Of a DNA stretch of 64,000 bases, positions 37,113 to 48,127 are shown piece after piece (position 1 is the stretch's first letter; each line of letters starts with the position of its first letter). Both the position numbers and the translations under genes were made by a program. This DNA comes from a virus (Duplodnaviria > Caudoviricetes). Below the pieces are notes generated by a model. That model was not told the origin of the DNA. It did no database searches and saw nothing but the letters and a program-made list of their open reading frames with translations. The stretch is from the IMG/VR virus record IMGVR_UViG_3300022242_000023, positions 22,304 to 86,303 of that record; one strand, written 5' to 3'.

Positions 37113-38708
37113 TTACCAATTTTTACCTGAAGTTTTTACAGGAGTTTTAGGCGTAGTACTATTTACTCTACTACCTTTGTTAGTATTACTAGTTTGTCTA
37201 CTTGCATCATGTATTGGAATAGCAATTCTATCTCCAGTACCATCTAGGTTATAAGCACCAGTTCCATGTAAAGGTCCACTTTCTATAGCATCATTATAAT
37301 CATGATCTGGGAGACGACTTTCAATATCAAAACCGTAAAAATCTCTTAAGAATTTAGTGTTTCCAGAAGTTTTTCCATCTAGTATAAAATAAGCTTCTCC
37401 ATTACCTCTTAATTCTATTTGAACACTTTTAGGAAGATCTTTCTTTTCCCACCATCTATTACCTATTTTAAAATTCTTAAGTTCTACACCATGACTATCA
37501 GTAATGTAATTACCATAATTTCTATCACTACTTTTAGTTTGTTGGGTATATCCAACACCTCCTGCACCATTATTATATGTTACTGTAGAATCTTTATCAT
37601 TTAAACGTCTTATAGTTTCATACTTTTGTTCATTTGACATAGTAGGATCTTGCATGATCTCCATTTTAATAAGATCTTCTGCAGAAGTATTTGTTATACC
37701 AGCAGAGGCTGCAGCTGTTGCTGCATTCATTCCTTGTTTTCTAAACTCATGGTACATGTTAACTTTCTCCTGACCTATTTCTGCTTCTATCTTTTTAACA
37801 TCTATTAAAACTCTCTTATATTCAATTTCAGCTTTTTTCAATGCTACTTCATCTTCTATCATTATAGCATCTATCTGCAATTGCTGTTCTGGAGTAATTT
37901 GATCATCAGGAACATCTGTCAAGTTTAATCTTTGTTTTGCACTAGCTCTTAAACTTGCTTGAGTTTGTTTAATTACATTAGCCTTTTGTTCAGATTCCAT
38001 TGCTTCAGCTTCTGCTTTATGTGCATTAGCTTTTTGAAGATTAGCAGCAGTTTCTTTTGCAAGTTGTTTTGCTGCATTGTATCCTTCATGATCTATTTGT
38101 ACAGGAGGGACTTGTTTACCACTAGCAATAGCAGTTTGAATTTCATCCATGTTTAAAATATAACCATCATATTCTTTTGCAACTACTGAAAAGTTTTTAA
38201 TGTTTGCGTCATTAGCTTTCTTTCTAGAAAGATATCCACTTAGTCTTGGATCCATTGCTAATGCAGTACTTGCTCTCATTACATTGATCATAGCATTCTG
38301 ATCACCTTTAGCAGCGGCATCTAACATATCTTGTGTTACATACTGTCCACGTAAAGATTCATAACCTGCTTGATCTTCTGGAAGAATTTCAAGATTCATA
38401 AAATCATCTCTGATAGTGTTCAGATGTTGAAGATCTCTATAAAGATTTTCTTTATCTTGCTGTTTAATCCTTTGTTGAAATTCTATCTTCTGTTGTTGGA
38501 AAGCATCTTGCTGTAAGTCTAGTTGTTGAGTTTGTAAATAACCACTTAGACCTCCATCAATAGGCATCATAGCTGCTTGCTGTATACCTTGCATATTTGG
38601 TACAATACCCTGAATAGGAGAATTCCCCAAGTTAAATACTTGAGGAACTCCGCCTTGCTGAAATTTTAAAATCTTTCTTTTCATATTATTTACCATATAA
38701 AGCGTCAT
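37113..38708 (-). CDS. Putative internal virion/ejection protein
   Basis: Q/A-rich helical ORF; probable true start MKRKILKFQQGG at about 38684. Confidence 0.55.
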   Translation of the reverse strand: MTLYMVNNMKRKILKFQQGGVPQVFNLGNSPIQGIVPNMQGIQQAAMMPIDGGLSGYLQTQQLDLQQDAFQQQKIEFQQRIKQQDKENLYRDLQHLNTIRDDFMNLEILPEDQAGYESLRGQYVTQDMLDAAAKGDQNAMINVMRASTALAMDPRLSGYLSRKKANDANIKNFSVVAKEYDGYILNMDEIQTAIASGKQVPPVQIDHEGYNAAKQLAKETAANLQKANAHKAEAEAMESEQKANVIKQTQASLRASAKQRLNLTDVPDDQITPEQQLQIDAIMIEDEVALKKAEIEYKRVLIDVKKIEAEIGQEKVNMYHEFRKQGMNAATAAASAGITNTSAEDLIKMEIMQDPTMSNEQKYETIRRLNDKDSTVTYNNGAGGVGYTQQTKSSDRNYGNYITDSHGVELKNFKIGNRWWEKKDLPKSVQIELRGNGEAYFILDGKTSGNTKFLRDFYGFDIESRLPDHDYNDAIESGPLHGTGAYNLDGTGDRIAIPIHDASRQTSNTNKGSRVNSTTPKTPVKTSGKNW

Positions 38709-41700
38709 TGTTAGGATCTATATAAGGTCCATAACTTGAAGACATATACTCTGGATTTTGGAAATTGAATGCTGGATTTTGTACTCCTGTTGCATTGTAA
38801 GTATATTGAGGAGTTGTTCTATTATTTAAATATGTACCATAATTATACATACCTTGAGCAACACTGTTACCTAATCCATTTAATGCTGAACTAATTCTTA
38901 AACCATTGTTAGTTAAGAAATTTGCTTGCTGATTTCTTGCTCCCATTCTAGCAGCTAAAGATTGATTTGCCAATCCTGATAATCCTGCAAAGTGTTCAGA
39001 ACCCATTTTAGATATTCCAGAATACAAACCAGAGTTTAAGTTATTAATATTAGCTCTTGTCATATTTTCTCCATATTGTCTATCTTTTGCCATAGTATCA
39101 TCATAGTTATTCAATGCTCCCATTCTACCTAATGTATTTTGGTTCTGCATTTGATTATAACTTACATTAATATTATTAGCATTTTGAATACCTTGTGCAT
39201 TCATTTGTTGAGCATATGCTGCAGCTTGTTGAGGATTTAACCCCATAGAACCAGCATTTCTATAGAAAGAAGATATATTACCTCTACTATTATCTAAACT
39301 TCTTTGTAATTGATTATTGATATTTGCATCTACATTACCATATCCAGCTTCTGTTCTTTGCATAGAAGATGTTAAATCCAAATTAGTATATCTTGGATCC
39401 TGAGTAGCATAGTTACCTATTAAGGATGCACCTTGTATTCCTGTATTACTATTTATATATCCTCTATTTAACTCTTCATTAGCAGCAATATCTGCAAGAG
39501 TTTGTTTGTACATTTTCTTTTGTCTATTCCTATCAGCAATAGACATTACCATGTCAAATATTTTAAAGGGTATATCTGCAATTCCAGCACCAGCTTTAAT
39601 TAGTTCTCCTACTTGTGCATGTTGAATATCACCTCCATTCTGGAAACTAAAGAATTTTTTTTTTAAATTTGGACTTTGGGAATATAAGTTATTACTGTAA
39701 ACACCTCCAGTTCTCAATGCTTTATCTCTATTCTCAAGAGGATCCCTGTATACAGAACCTGTTATAGCATTGTTATAAGGATTATTATATATAGGAGATA
39801 TTACATTTCCTCCTATTTGATATGACATAGATTGTTGATCATTCTGTTTTATTCCCCATCTGGATCCAATATCCATTACAATAGGACTTTGGAACCCTGG
39901 TCTAATACCTACACCCCATCTAGATCCAATATCCATAATAAGAGGATTAATACTACGAGTATTGTCATAACCTACACCCCATCTAGATCCAATATTCATA
40001 CTAAAAGGATTACCAAAAGATACAACTTGTGAAGAATTGGGGGAAGACGGTTGTTGTGTAGTTTGTGGATAAGTATGATTCTGTAAATCATTCATTTGAT
40101 TAATAAAAAAAGGATTAGTAGCCTGAGAATTTTGTTTGACAGGTGTATTATTTACAGAAACATTTTTAAATTGATTGAATTGGTTTTGAAAATAAGTATT
40201 TAAATTATTATTATTATTTTTTACTTCTGATTGGGTTTTTATTTTTGCCGCAGGTTTAATAGTTCTAGGTTTATAACCACCTGGATCAAAAATACCACTC
40301 ATGATTTGGCCCTCTATTGCTTTTACTCCAGCAGCATTCATGGTTTTCCAATCTCCAGATCCTTTCTTTCTGGTCTTCCATGTACCATCTTCTGCTTGAA
40401 GATATTCATAAGGATCTCCTTTTGTCTGTAATATTTTACCAGAAGCCAATCCTGTATTAGTGTAAGAACTATTATCTACTCTGTTTGGTAAATCATATAT
40501 TTCCATTAAACCAGATCTCTGAGGAGTATTTATACCAGCACTGTAAGCATCTGGACTAACTTGTCCTTGCAACATTAATTGTTGTTGCATTGGGTGTTGC
40601 ATATTTACATAAGGATCATTCCATGCATAGCCTCCATCTTGCATTTTTCTTTTCTTCTTTACTTTACCTCCGCATTTATACTGATCAGGTTTTTCTTTTT
40701 TAAGTTCATTAATGCCTTTGATGATTTCTAGGTATGGAGATCTTGAAGCTTTATTTCCTTCAATTGCTAAAGTTGCAAAAGCATCATTTTCTCTGTCTGT
40801 AACTTTATAAGTAGACTTAAGTTTAGATGCTAGATCTGCTGGTGTAAATTTGTTAGTGTTCATAAAGTCTAGGAATTTAATTTCTTTTGGGGCAGAGCTT
40901 ACTTCTGTTTCTGAATACTCAATAGGAGTATATCCTAGAGATATGTCATTTAAGTCTACACCTTTAAATTTTTTATTTTTATATAGTGTTAATTTTGGAT
41001 CACGTGAAAATATGTATGCACCTTCAGGAAGAAGTTCTGTAACTTCATCATCCTTCATGTGCTTATGTCTTTTTTTAGCTTTTACTGGAGTAATAGTTCC
41101 ATCTTCAAATGCTATATACTCACCTACTTCTGCTTGTAGTGGAACCATTTCTGGACTTTCTACTTCTCCACCTTCTTGGTATTTCATTGGAATTTCAGTA
41201 ACATAAGATGCTCCAGGGAAATTGTAATTATTTCCTGGCATCATCATTCTTCTTTGTCCATTGTTTCCTATACCCATAACAGGAAAAGGAGTATTTCTCA
41301 TTGTAATTTGATTAGAAGGAATTATGTTATAAGGATTATTCATTGAAGGATAACCAGGAGTATATCCTGTAGAATTTATCATACCTCCTTTTTGTTTTTG
41401 ATATTGATCATAAGCTTGATAAGTATCTGAAGCTTTTCCTGCTAAAGAGGCCGCTTGCATGGTATTTGTAAAATTATTTAAAGATCGAACTTGTCTACTA
41501 GTTTTAGCTAAAGTTGAAAATCCTTTAGCTGTTTTTCCAATTTTACCAAGTAAAGGTAAAGCACCTACTATCTCTAAATATGTTTCAGGACTCATTCCTG
41601 ATTTTTTATATGATCTATATACATCATCATAAGAAGAAATACCAGTAGGGTCAACTATTTCAAGAATATTTTCAAGATTAGAATCTGGTTCAATCGCCCC

Positions 41701-42219
41701 TCCTTTTTGATAACCATAAAACCCTTGTTCTGCAGTAAGATCTTGTTTAGGTTTATTAAGATAATCCATGTATCCTTGTTGCCCTTGCATTAAACCCATT
41801 AAAGGTCCTGCCATAGCCTGAAACTGAGCAAAGTTATTTACATTACTATCTATTTTAGCTTTTTCAGCTTCATACTGTGTAGTTTTAGCAGTATTTCTCC
41901 TATCTACTCTATCATTGGAATAATGATCAAATCCAGAATTAAGAGTATTAGGTCCTGTAGTAGGTGCAAACCCAAACATGCTATTACCACTAGAATTCAC
42001 ATTTCTAAAGTTATTAAAAACATTAGGATTGTTTGAATTATACTGATTTTGATACTGTTCTAATACAGGAGCCGTTGGAGTATTAGTATTTATATAATTC
42101 TGTTTACTTTGTTCTAACGTATTTGTAAACTGATTTATATCTTGTTGCATAGAAGAAGGTAACAAGTTTGACCATCCTCCTGATTGATATCTTCTTCTAT
42201 TCTGTAATCTTTTGCGCAT
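38686..42219 (-). CDS. Low-complexity N/Q/G-rich putative internal virion protein with recurrent [YF]QxGG motifs
   Basis: 1177-aa ORF between the tail gene and the RNAP block; eight xQxGG/KxGG-type motifs. Confidence 0.55.
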   Translation of the reverse strand: MRKRLQNRRRYQSGGWSNLLPSSMQQDINQFTNTLEQSKQNYINTNTPTAPVLEQYQNQYNSNNPNVFNNFRNVNSSGNSMFGFAPTTGPNTLNSGFDHYSNDRVDRRNTAKTTQYEAEKAKIDSNVNNFAQFQAMAGPLMGLMQGQQGYMDYLNKPKQDLTAEQGFYGYQKGGAIEPDSNLENILEIVDPTGISSYDDVYRSYKKSGMSPETYLEIVGALPLLGKIGKTAKGFSTLAKTSRQVRSLNNFTNTMQAASLAGKASDTYQAYDQYQKQKGGMINSTGYTPGYPSMNNPYNIIPSNQITMRNTPFPVMGIGNNGQRRMMMPGNNYNFPGASYVTEIPMKYQEGGEVESPEMVPLQAEVGEYIAFEDGTITPVKAKKRHKHMKDDEVTELLPEGAYIFSRDPKLTLYKNKKFKGVDLNDISLGYTPIEYSETEVSSAPKEIKFLDFMNTNKFTPADLASKLKSTYKVTDRENDAFATLAIEGNKASRSPYLEIIKGINELKKEKPDQYKCGGKVKKKRKMQDGGYAWNDPYVNMQHPMQQQLMLQGQVSPDAYSAGINTPQRSGLMEIYDLPNRVDNSSYTNTGLASGKILQTKGDPYEYLQAEDGTWKTRKKGSGDWKTMNAAGVKAIEGQIMSGIFDPGGYKPRTIKPAAKIKTQSEVKNNNNNLNTYFQNQFNQFKNVSVNNTPVKQNSQATNPFFINQMNDLQNHTYPQTTQQPSSPNSSQVVSFGNPFSMNIGSRWGVGYDNTRSINPLIMDIGSRWGVGIRPGFQSPIVMDIGSRWGIKQNDQQSMSYQIGGNVISPIYNNPYNNAITGSVYRDPLENRDKALRTGGVYSNNLYSQSPNLKKKFFSFQNGGDIQHAQVGELIKAGAGIADIPFKIFDMVMSIADRNRQKKMYKQTLADIAANEELNRGYINSNTGIQGASLIGNYATQDPRYTNLDLTSSMQRTEAGYGNVDANINNQLQRSLDNSRGNISSFYRNAGSMGLNPQQAAAYAQQMNAQGIQNANNINVSYNQMQNQNTLGRMGALNNYDDTMAKDRQYGENMTRANINNLNSGLYSGISKMGSEHFAGLSGLANQSLAARMGARNQQANFLTNNGLRISSALNGLGNSVAQGMYNYGTYLNNRTTPQYTYNATGVQNPAFNFQNPEYMSSSYGPYIDPNNDALYGK
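39850..40000 (-). repeat. Three copies of M[DN]IGSRWG at about 20-21 aa period
   Basis: CCCCATCT(A/G)GATCCAATAT recurs three times about 60-63 nt apart. Confidence 0.8.
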
Positions 42220-45200
42220 TAGTAATGATGTTCTTAGTGTAAAGTTTTAAACTTGCAAATTTATCAAAAATAAATCTATATGTAAAGTAATTATCAAAAA
42301 GTATTCTATTTTCATACGATACTTTATCCAGAGCTTTGAAATATTGTATATTTGTAGGAGACACATCTGGTAAACATGTATCATTATAATTTACAATAGG
42401 TAAATTAGAGTCACCAGTAAAGTCATAAAGCTCATTAAATCTCCATTGATTAGCTTTCCATTGTACTTCTATCTCACCTTTTCTCTCTTTTAACTTATCA
42501 TATTGATTTTCTTGATCCCTTTGTTCTAGATTAATATATCCTGTAGTCTGATGAGTATTCCTTAACCAGACTTTATTGAAGGTTTCTCTCTTAAAAAGGT
42601 TAAGTCTATCACCCTCTCTGGCTTCTGTATTTAATATAGTACCTTTGTATTTGATACCAGCAATTTCACTAGAAGGCTCTCTTGATGTAAACTCTAATAT
42701 ATATGGGTAATAAGTTCCATAATATGTTTGGTAACTGTCATTATTATCATGTATCCATATAGAGTTACCATTAGAAGTGTACATATGATCTCTATCCCAT
42801 ATATAGAATTGAGGAATATATGAATGATAGGATATCCAATTCTTTCTACGTAGATCATAAGATAACGTGAAAGAAGAATTTCCATCAGATTTAGTTATTA
42901 AAAATCTATTTAACCTGGGATCCAATCCTAAAGAGTAATAATTACTACCTGGGACCTTTTCTTGTAGACAATCTTTCTTATTGCAGAATTGAATATAGTC
43001 TTTAAAGAAATTGAACATTCCTGCTGCAGATATTTCCTCAATACCTTCTGCATATCTGTATACCTTTTTAGCATCATAATCTACCCAGAAATATCCTAAA
43101 GAAGTATTTATACTATGATTAGGATCTGATAAACCTGCATACCCTTCTACAATACCATCAAATAAAGGCATAGGTTCACTAAGTAATCCCGCTTGTCCTA
43201 ATAAGAGCTCTCCTGTAGAGGAAGGTATAGTTTGTTTACCATACTGCAGCACATACATGTTATCAGTAGTATGAGCTATAAATTGATTTTTAACTACTAA
43301 CAGTTTCTTAAGCTTTCCAGAATTGGCAGGGATAGTTAATAACTGATTAGCATTAAAACTCTTATAAGAATCTGTTTCTGAAGTTAATATTTGTTTATTA
43401 GAATAATATATTTCATTATTTGTAAAACTATCACAATCATCACAGTCACAAGTATTGTAAGGTTCTGGCATTCCATAGAATACTTCAGTATCATTTATCT
43501 TAGAAAAGTCATTACAGTAAGCATGATAATTATCTTCAAAGTTAGTTATCTGACATCCACAATCAGAACCTTCTTCATCTGTTTTACATTGTGGAATACC
43601 TACCATCTTATCTAAATAATCATTAGTAAATACTTGCTTATTAAGCATGTACCACATAGCATACAACATAGGAAACTCTACTAGATTCCCTACAAATTCT
43701 GTTCCAGATGCTATATCAAATAAATTATCAATTCCTAACATAGGAAAGATAATATTTATTAAAGTTCGTATAAGAACTTTTTTAGCTACAGACCATTTAG
43801 AAGGTTGTTCTAACCTACAATAAAATCTATTGATAAAAGATTCTTCCCATGCATGAGTCTTTAACTGATAAACATCAGAATCTAACTGTAAAGGTCTTAT
43901 ATCAGGATAAACTACTTCTCCATTTTCTCTGGAACCTATAGCCCTATAAGCAGGGTTAACTTCAAATTCTCCCCAATATATAATTAAAGTCTTTACAACT
44001 TTTGGAAAATAATAATCAGTTTCAGGTCCTTCAGCAGCTATTGATAATTCTCTTTTTTGAATTCTTCTATTAGGAGAATGTAATCCAGCATAATTCTTGG
44101 CATCAGCAGCATCTCTTTCTTTAGGTAAAGTTGTATGCACCCATGTTCCAAGTTCTGCTAATAAAATATCCTCTGGAGGATCACAAACGGATCTTTCTTC
44201 CTTCTTTGTAACTTCATAACCTACTGCAGCCTGTCCTCCAGGGATATCAAATTTATTACCTACTTTGTCAGATACAAAACCAGTTCTTCTGAAAGTATAA
44301 GGTCCAATAAAAATGTCCCCCACAGGACCTTGTATTGAAGAACCTTGGTTTTTGCTAGCTTGTAAAAGTGGTATATATACCAAACCAGTTAAGTCTCCAT
44401 ACTGATTGGGTAAGTCTCTTTTTAATGTTACATAATGAGCAGCAGCCTTTTCAATAGGTACTGCGTGATCAAATACATCACCTATAAAACTATTATCTGA
44501 ACTAGAAGTCAGACCTTTAGTTAATGCTGGTAATGTACCATCAATCCATACAGAAGATTCTCTATACTTATTCATTAAAGGAATAACTCCTCCTTTAGGA
44601 GGAGAAATAACTGAATGAGCTCTTGCGTATGTTTTATATTTTGGTTCAATAATATTTCTAGAAGCTGGAACATATTTATTTAAATTTATAAATTGTCTAG
44701 TTCCTGCTTGATCTATTCTTGTTCCATAATATTGATCATCAGGTTTTTTACCTTCAGCATATAAACCATATCTAAAACCTTCTCCATAATATTCTAATTC
44801 AGGAATAACCTGAGTGAAGTTTAATGCTAATTTTCTAGTATTAGTATCTAAAGAATGAAAATTAAATGATCCCCCATCTAGATCAGATCCATAAAGTCTA
44901 GAACCATTTACATCTATATTCCTATCAACTCTTTCTTTGGAATTAACAGCATGTCTTGGAAAGGCATAATACTTGTCATTGTTAGTTGCAAGAAATGTTT
45001 TAGTTGCTAGACCTTTTGCTATGATAGTTTTATTAGAGTCTGTTCTTTTTACATATAATATAGTAAAAGGATTATCGCTATCTAAAGGTTTAGACAATTC
45101 TTCTTTAGAAGGAAACTCTATGTTATCAAATCTTACACCTAATAATCTTACATAAGCATCAGATAAAGGATCTGCTTCTGGAGTTATCTTGGAAGGTACA

Positions 45201-47134
45201 CCTGTACTCTTAGAAATATAGTGAGGTTTCTCATATGTATCTGGGAACTTGTGGTGCTTTATTGGAGTACCAGCTAAACTTCCATATATATATTCTCCTT
45301 GGCAATTTTTAAAATCAGGATATACTAAATCTTTTTCAAGTTCAGGTCTCGTATTTCCATAAGATTTAATCTTAGGATTATCTCCTGTAAGGTTTACTCC
45401 ATTAGCATCATAATACTGAGAACCAAATTTAGTAGGCTTTAATCCATCTAAACCATTATCAGCTATAGCTTGAAAGATATCTCCATCAGTTCCTGAAGTA
45501 TCTTCATAGCTAGTTTCATTATTTACTTTTATTTTCTGTTCCTGATATTTTAATCTCTCTCTATTTTCTACAGCTTGTATAATCTTAGCTGCACCTTCTT
45601 TAATTTTAGTAGGAGTAAGAGTTGTTGGAAATTCATCTAAACCTTCAGAAGCTCCATACTTTGCTAACAGATCTTGGTATTTACCAGATACTTCCTCTAC
45701 TCTAGCCTTTTCTTTATTACAAGCTTCTTGACCTTTAGAACATTCTTCACAAGTACTTAAAGCTTCACAAACATCACTCATTTCTACTTCCCAAGCTTTT
45801 ATTAAGTCTGCTATGGGTTGATATACTTCACCTTGAGGATTTGCTACAGTATCATCAATAGGACTTCTGGTTCTTTCATACTTACCTTCTTGGGTAACTT
45901 GAAAAGTATTACCTGAAGATCCTGCATTAGAACTTTGTCCACTAGAAGCATTAGAGTTTGCTCCAGCTCCAGCAGAAGCTGGTATATGGAATACAGGAGT
46001 AGAGGTTCCATCACAATAATTCCACTTAATACCATAAGCATAAGTCTCTCCTCTCATGTGAGATTTTAAACCTAAGCGTTTAGCTTCTTCCCAGGTATAT
46101 TCATATTCTACCCAGTTAGTTTCTATCTCATTAGCTCTTCTCTGATAGTCAAGATTCTTTATTTGCTTTATGTTATAAAGATAGAGTCTTCCATCTTTCT
46201 GCATTAGGTCTTGACCCTGTATGTATGTATTTTTCTTTATAAGAAGTTCTGATATATCAATAGGCTCTCCCTCTGTACCATAATAAGTATAAGAAGTTGA
46301 TCCAGCATTGTAATGTAGGTGTGCTAGTCTTCTAGCACTTGTTATTCCTCCAGAAGTTATAATTACTGCTAGTTCAATAGCATCATATTTACAATCTAAG
46401 GAAGATATGTTTATTTCAATGTACCCTTCAGATCTTTCTCCACATACATTATTTTCAGATCCTATATAAACAGGATCTGTCACATTATTCCAATTAGAAT
46501 AATTATTATCTCTATCTTTTAATCTTCCTACAAATTGATAAGCCCCTTGTGGAACTTGTCCACCTTTATCATAAGATATTGGAACAATCTTAGGAGTTGC
46601 TACACATTTAAATACTCTGAAATAATCACAAGTTCTGTCTGAACATTGTTTCTTCTCTTCTTTAATAGTATCTTTCAATGCTTGTTTCCTTACAGGATCC
46701 AGCATCTCATCAATGTTTAACCAATAATATTGACATCCTGATGACCAATATACAAAAAGATCATCACATGGAAACATTGTTTTAAATTCTCCATATATCC
46801 ACTCACACTCTTTAAATCCCCAATCACAACCAAACTCTGTATCAGAAGCAATAAACTTAGAACTGCAGTCTTCATGTGAAAGAAGATGTAGTTCACCATT
46901 TTTTAAAAATACTAAAGTAGCATTTCTATCTTCTATATAAGAAGAACCTACTATAGTCTCACCATAATCATGGCATAGTCTATTAGAAGATTCATTAGAA
47001 ATATATCCTACTTGATTATAATCATCTATTGTAGCATTTAATGCATACTCATAAGTTTCATTATTTTTTGCATCAGGATGAGTATCTCTATCTAAATGTT
47101 TAAATGTATTTGATATTAAAATATCTCTACTCAT
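42197..47134 (-). CDS. Large tail protein (crAss-type stabilization/muzzle-like)
   Basis: 1645 aa; beta-propeller-like W/Y/F patterns (YFWVD, WISYHSY); position next to ring proteins; family call by resemblance only. Confidence 0.55.
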   Translation of the reverse strand: MSRDILISNTFKHLDRDTHPDAKNNETYEYALNATIDDYNQVGYISNESSNRLCHDYGETIVGSSYIEDRNATLVFLKNGELHLLSHEDCSSKFIASDTEFGCDWGFKECEWIYGEFKTMFPCDDLFVYWSSGCQYYWLNIDEMLDPVRKQALKDTIKEEKKQCSDRTCDYFRVFKCVATPKIVPISYDKGGQVPQGAYQFVGRLKDRDNNYSNWNNVTDPVYIGSENNVCGERSEGYIEINISSLDCKYDAIELAVIITSGGITSARRLAHLHYNAGSTSYTYYGTEGEPIDISELLIKKNTYIQGQDLMQKDGRLYLYNIKQIKNLDYQRRANEIETNWVEYEYTWEEAKRLGLKSHMRGETYAYGIKWNYCDGTSTPVFHIPASAGAGANSNASSGQSSNAGSSGNTFQVTQEGKYERTRSPIDDTVANPQGEVYQPIADLIKAWEVEMSDVCEALSTCEECSKGQEACNKEKARVEEVSGKYQDLLAKYGASEGLDEFPTTLTPTKIKEGAAKIIQAVENRERLKYQEQKIKVNNETSYEDTSGTDGDIFQAIADNGLDGLKPTKFGSQYYDANGVNLTGDNPKIKSYGNTRPELEKDLVYPDFKNCQGEYIYGSLAGTPIKHHKFPDTYEKPHYISKSTGVPSKITPEADPLSDAYVRLLGVRFDNIEFPSKEELSKPLDSDNPFTILYVKRTDSNKTIIAKGLATKTFLATNNDKYYAFPRHAVNSKERVDRNIDVNGSRLYGSDLDGGSFNFHSLDTNTRKLALNFTQVIPELEYYGEGFRYGLYAEGKKPDDQYYGTRIDQAGTRQFINLNKYVPASRNIIEPKYKTYARAHSVISPPKGGVIPLMNKYRESSVWIDGTLPALTKGLTSSSDNSFIGDVFDHAVPIEKAAAHYVTLKRDLPNQYGDLTGLVYIPLLQASKNQGSSIQGPVGDIFIGPYTFRRTGFVSDKVGNKFDIPGGQAAVGYEVTKKEERSVCDPPEDILLAELGTWVHTTLPKERDAADAKNYAGLHSPNRRIQKRELSIAAEGPETDYYFPKVVKTLIIYWGEFEVNPAYRAIGSRENGEVVYPDIRPLQLDSDVYQLKTHAWEESFINRFYCRLEQPSKWSVAKKVLIRTLINIIFPMLGIDNLFDIASGTEFVGNLVEFPMLYAMWYMLNKQVFTNDYLDKMVGIPQCKTDEEGSDCGCQITNFEDNYHAYCNDFSKINDTEVFYGMPEPYNTCDCDDCDSFTNNEIYYSNKQILTSETDSYKSFNANQLLTIPANSGKLKKLLVVKNQFIAHTTDNMYVLQYGKQTIPSSTGELLLGQAGLLSEPMPLFDGIVEGYAGLSDPNHSINTSLGYFWVDYDAKKVYRYAEGIEEISAAGMFNFFKDYIQFCNKKDCLQEKVPGSNYYSLGLDPRLNRFLITKSDGNSSFTLSYDLRRKNWISYHSYIPQFYIWDRDHMYTSNGNSIWIHDNNDSYQTYYGTYYPYILEFTSREPSSEIAGIKYKGTILNTEAREGDRLNLFKRETFNKVWLRNTHQTTGYINLEQRDQENQYDKLKERKGEIEVQWKANQWRFNELYDFTGDSNLPIVNYNDTCLPDVSPTNIQYFKALDKVSYENRILFDNYFTYRFIFDKFASLKLYTKNIITNAQKITE

Positions 47135-48120
47135 TATCTAGGATTATATGTTTGATTAGGATATTTATATATATTTGCTTTGGAACTTCTGTATAATTCA
47201 TTTTCATAATTATAAAAAGGAATTATCTTGTGTATGAAAGATTTTACAAATCTGTTCCAAACATCGTAGTCTGGTATTTGTAATTCTGCTCTAGCTCTTG
47301 AAATAAACTTTTCTCTAAGTTCCATTGCTTGTTGCCAAGCAATTCTAGTACCTTGAGAAAAATCTTCCATATATTTTCTATATAACATCTTCTCTTGAAT
47401 GTACCATGCTACAGCTTCAATAGCTACAGGCTCATTAGGTATCATTAAATATCCATCTTCATCTATAGGTTTAGAAAAGTAAGATAACAAGATAGTTCCT
47501 TCTTGGAAATTAACTATAATGTTAGGATAAGATATGGTATATTCTATTTCACAATCTACATTTAAATTTGCACATTTACCAATATGATAATCATTGTTAG
47601 CAAAAGAACCTGTAGCAGGTTTCATTAATCTAAACTCAGGATGGTAAATAGAATACTTTCCTCCATTAGCATTAGTGTAATTGAAGAAATGTTTCATATA
47701 AGCTACCTTGTGTTCAGGATGAGAGTTTTGCCATAATCTATCTGCATTAACAATAATATCTCTACTAGAACAGTGATCAGTGTCTTCTGAACATTTAGGA
47801 CATTCTAAAGTAACTTCTAAAGAACATCCCATTTGTCTATCTGTAAATGCAACAACTTCTTCTCTTAAGTGATCAGAACATTTTTCATCTTGTTTATATG
47901 CTGCTTGAACTATAGTTTTAAAACCTGTAGGTAATTGGGCCTTGTAGTTTCTTACCTCTATTAAAGAAATCTTATGTATAAATTGTTCATCTGTAATAAT
48001 TCTTGAAGTAGCATCATTAGCCCAAGCTATAATATCATTTTTATCTAGTTCACCTTGGTGACCAGATAATCTTAAATATTCTTTTACTGCAGCCTTTACT
48101 GATATTAATTGAGTATTCAT
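47134..48120 (-). CDS. Putative tail ring/tubular protein
   Basis: C-terminal DEDGYLMIP..AIEAVAWYI pattern typical of podophage ring/adaptor proteins. Confidence 0.5.
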   Translation of the reverse strand: MNTQLISVKAAVKEYLRLSGHQGELDKNDIIAWANDATSRIITDEQFIHKISLIEVRNYKAQLPTGFKTIVQAAYKQDEKCSDHLREEVVAFTDRQMGCSLEVTLECPKCSEDTDHCSSRDIIVNADRLWQNSHPEHKVAYMKHFFNYTNANGGKYSIYHPEFRLMKPATGSFANNDYHIGKCANLNVDCEIEYTISYPNIIVNFQEGTILLSYFSKPIDEDGYLMIPNEPVAIEAVAWYIQEKMLYRKYMEDFSQGTRIAWQQAMELREKFISRARAELQIPDYDVWNRFVKSFIHKIIPFYNYENELYRSSKANIYKYPNQTYNPR

Positions 48121-48127
48121 TTTTATG

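Noticed and set aside
16111-47134. Inteins or group I introns in the giant genes
   Set aside because: No frame breaks, no obvious C...HN intein termini and no LAGLIDADG motifs were seen by eye; an HMM search would be needed to exclude them fully.
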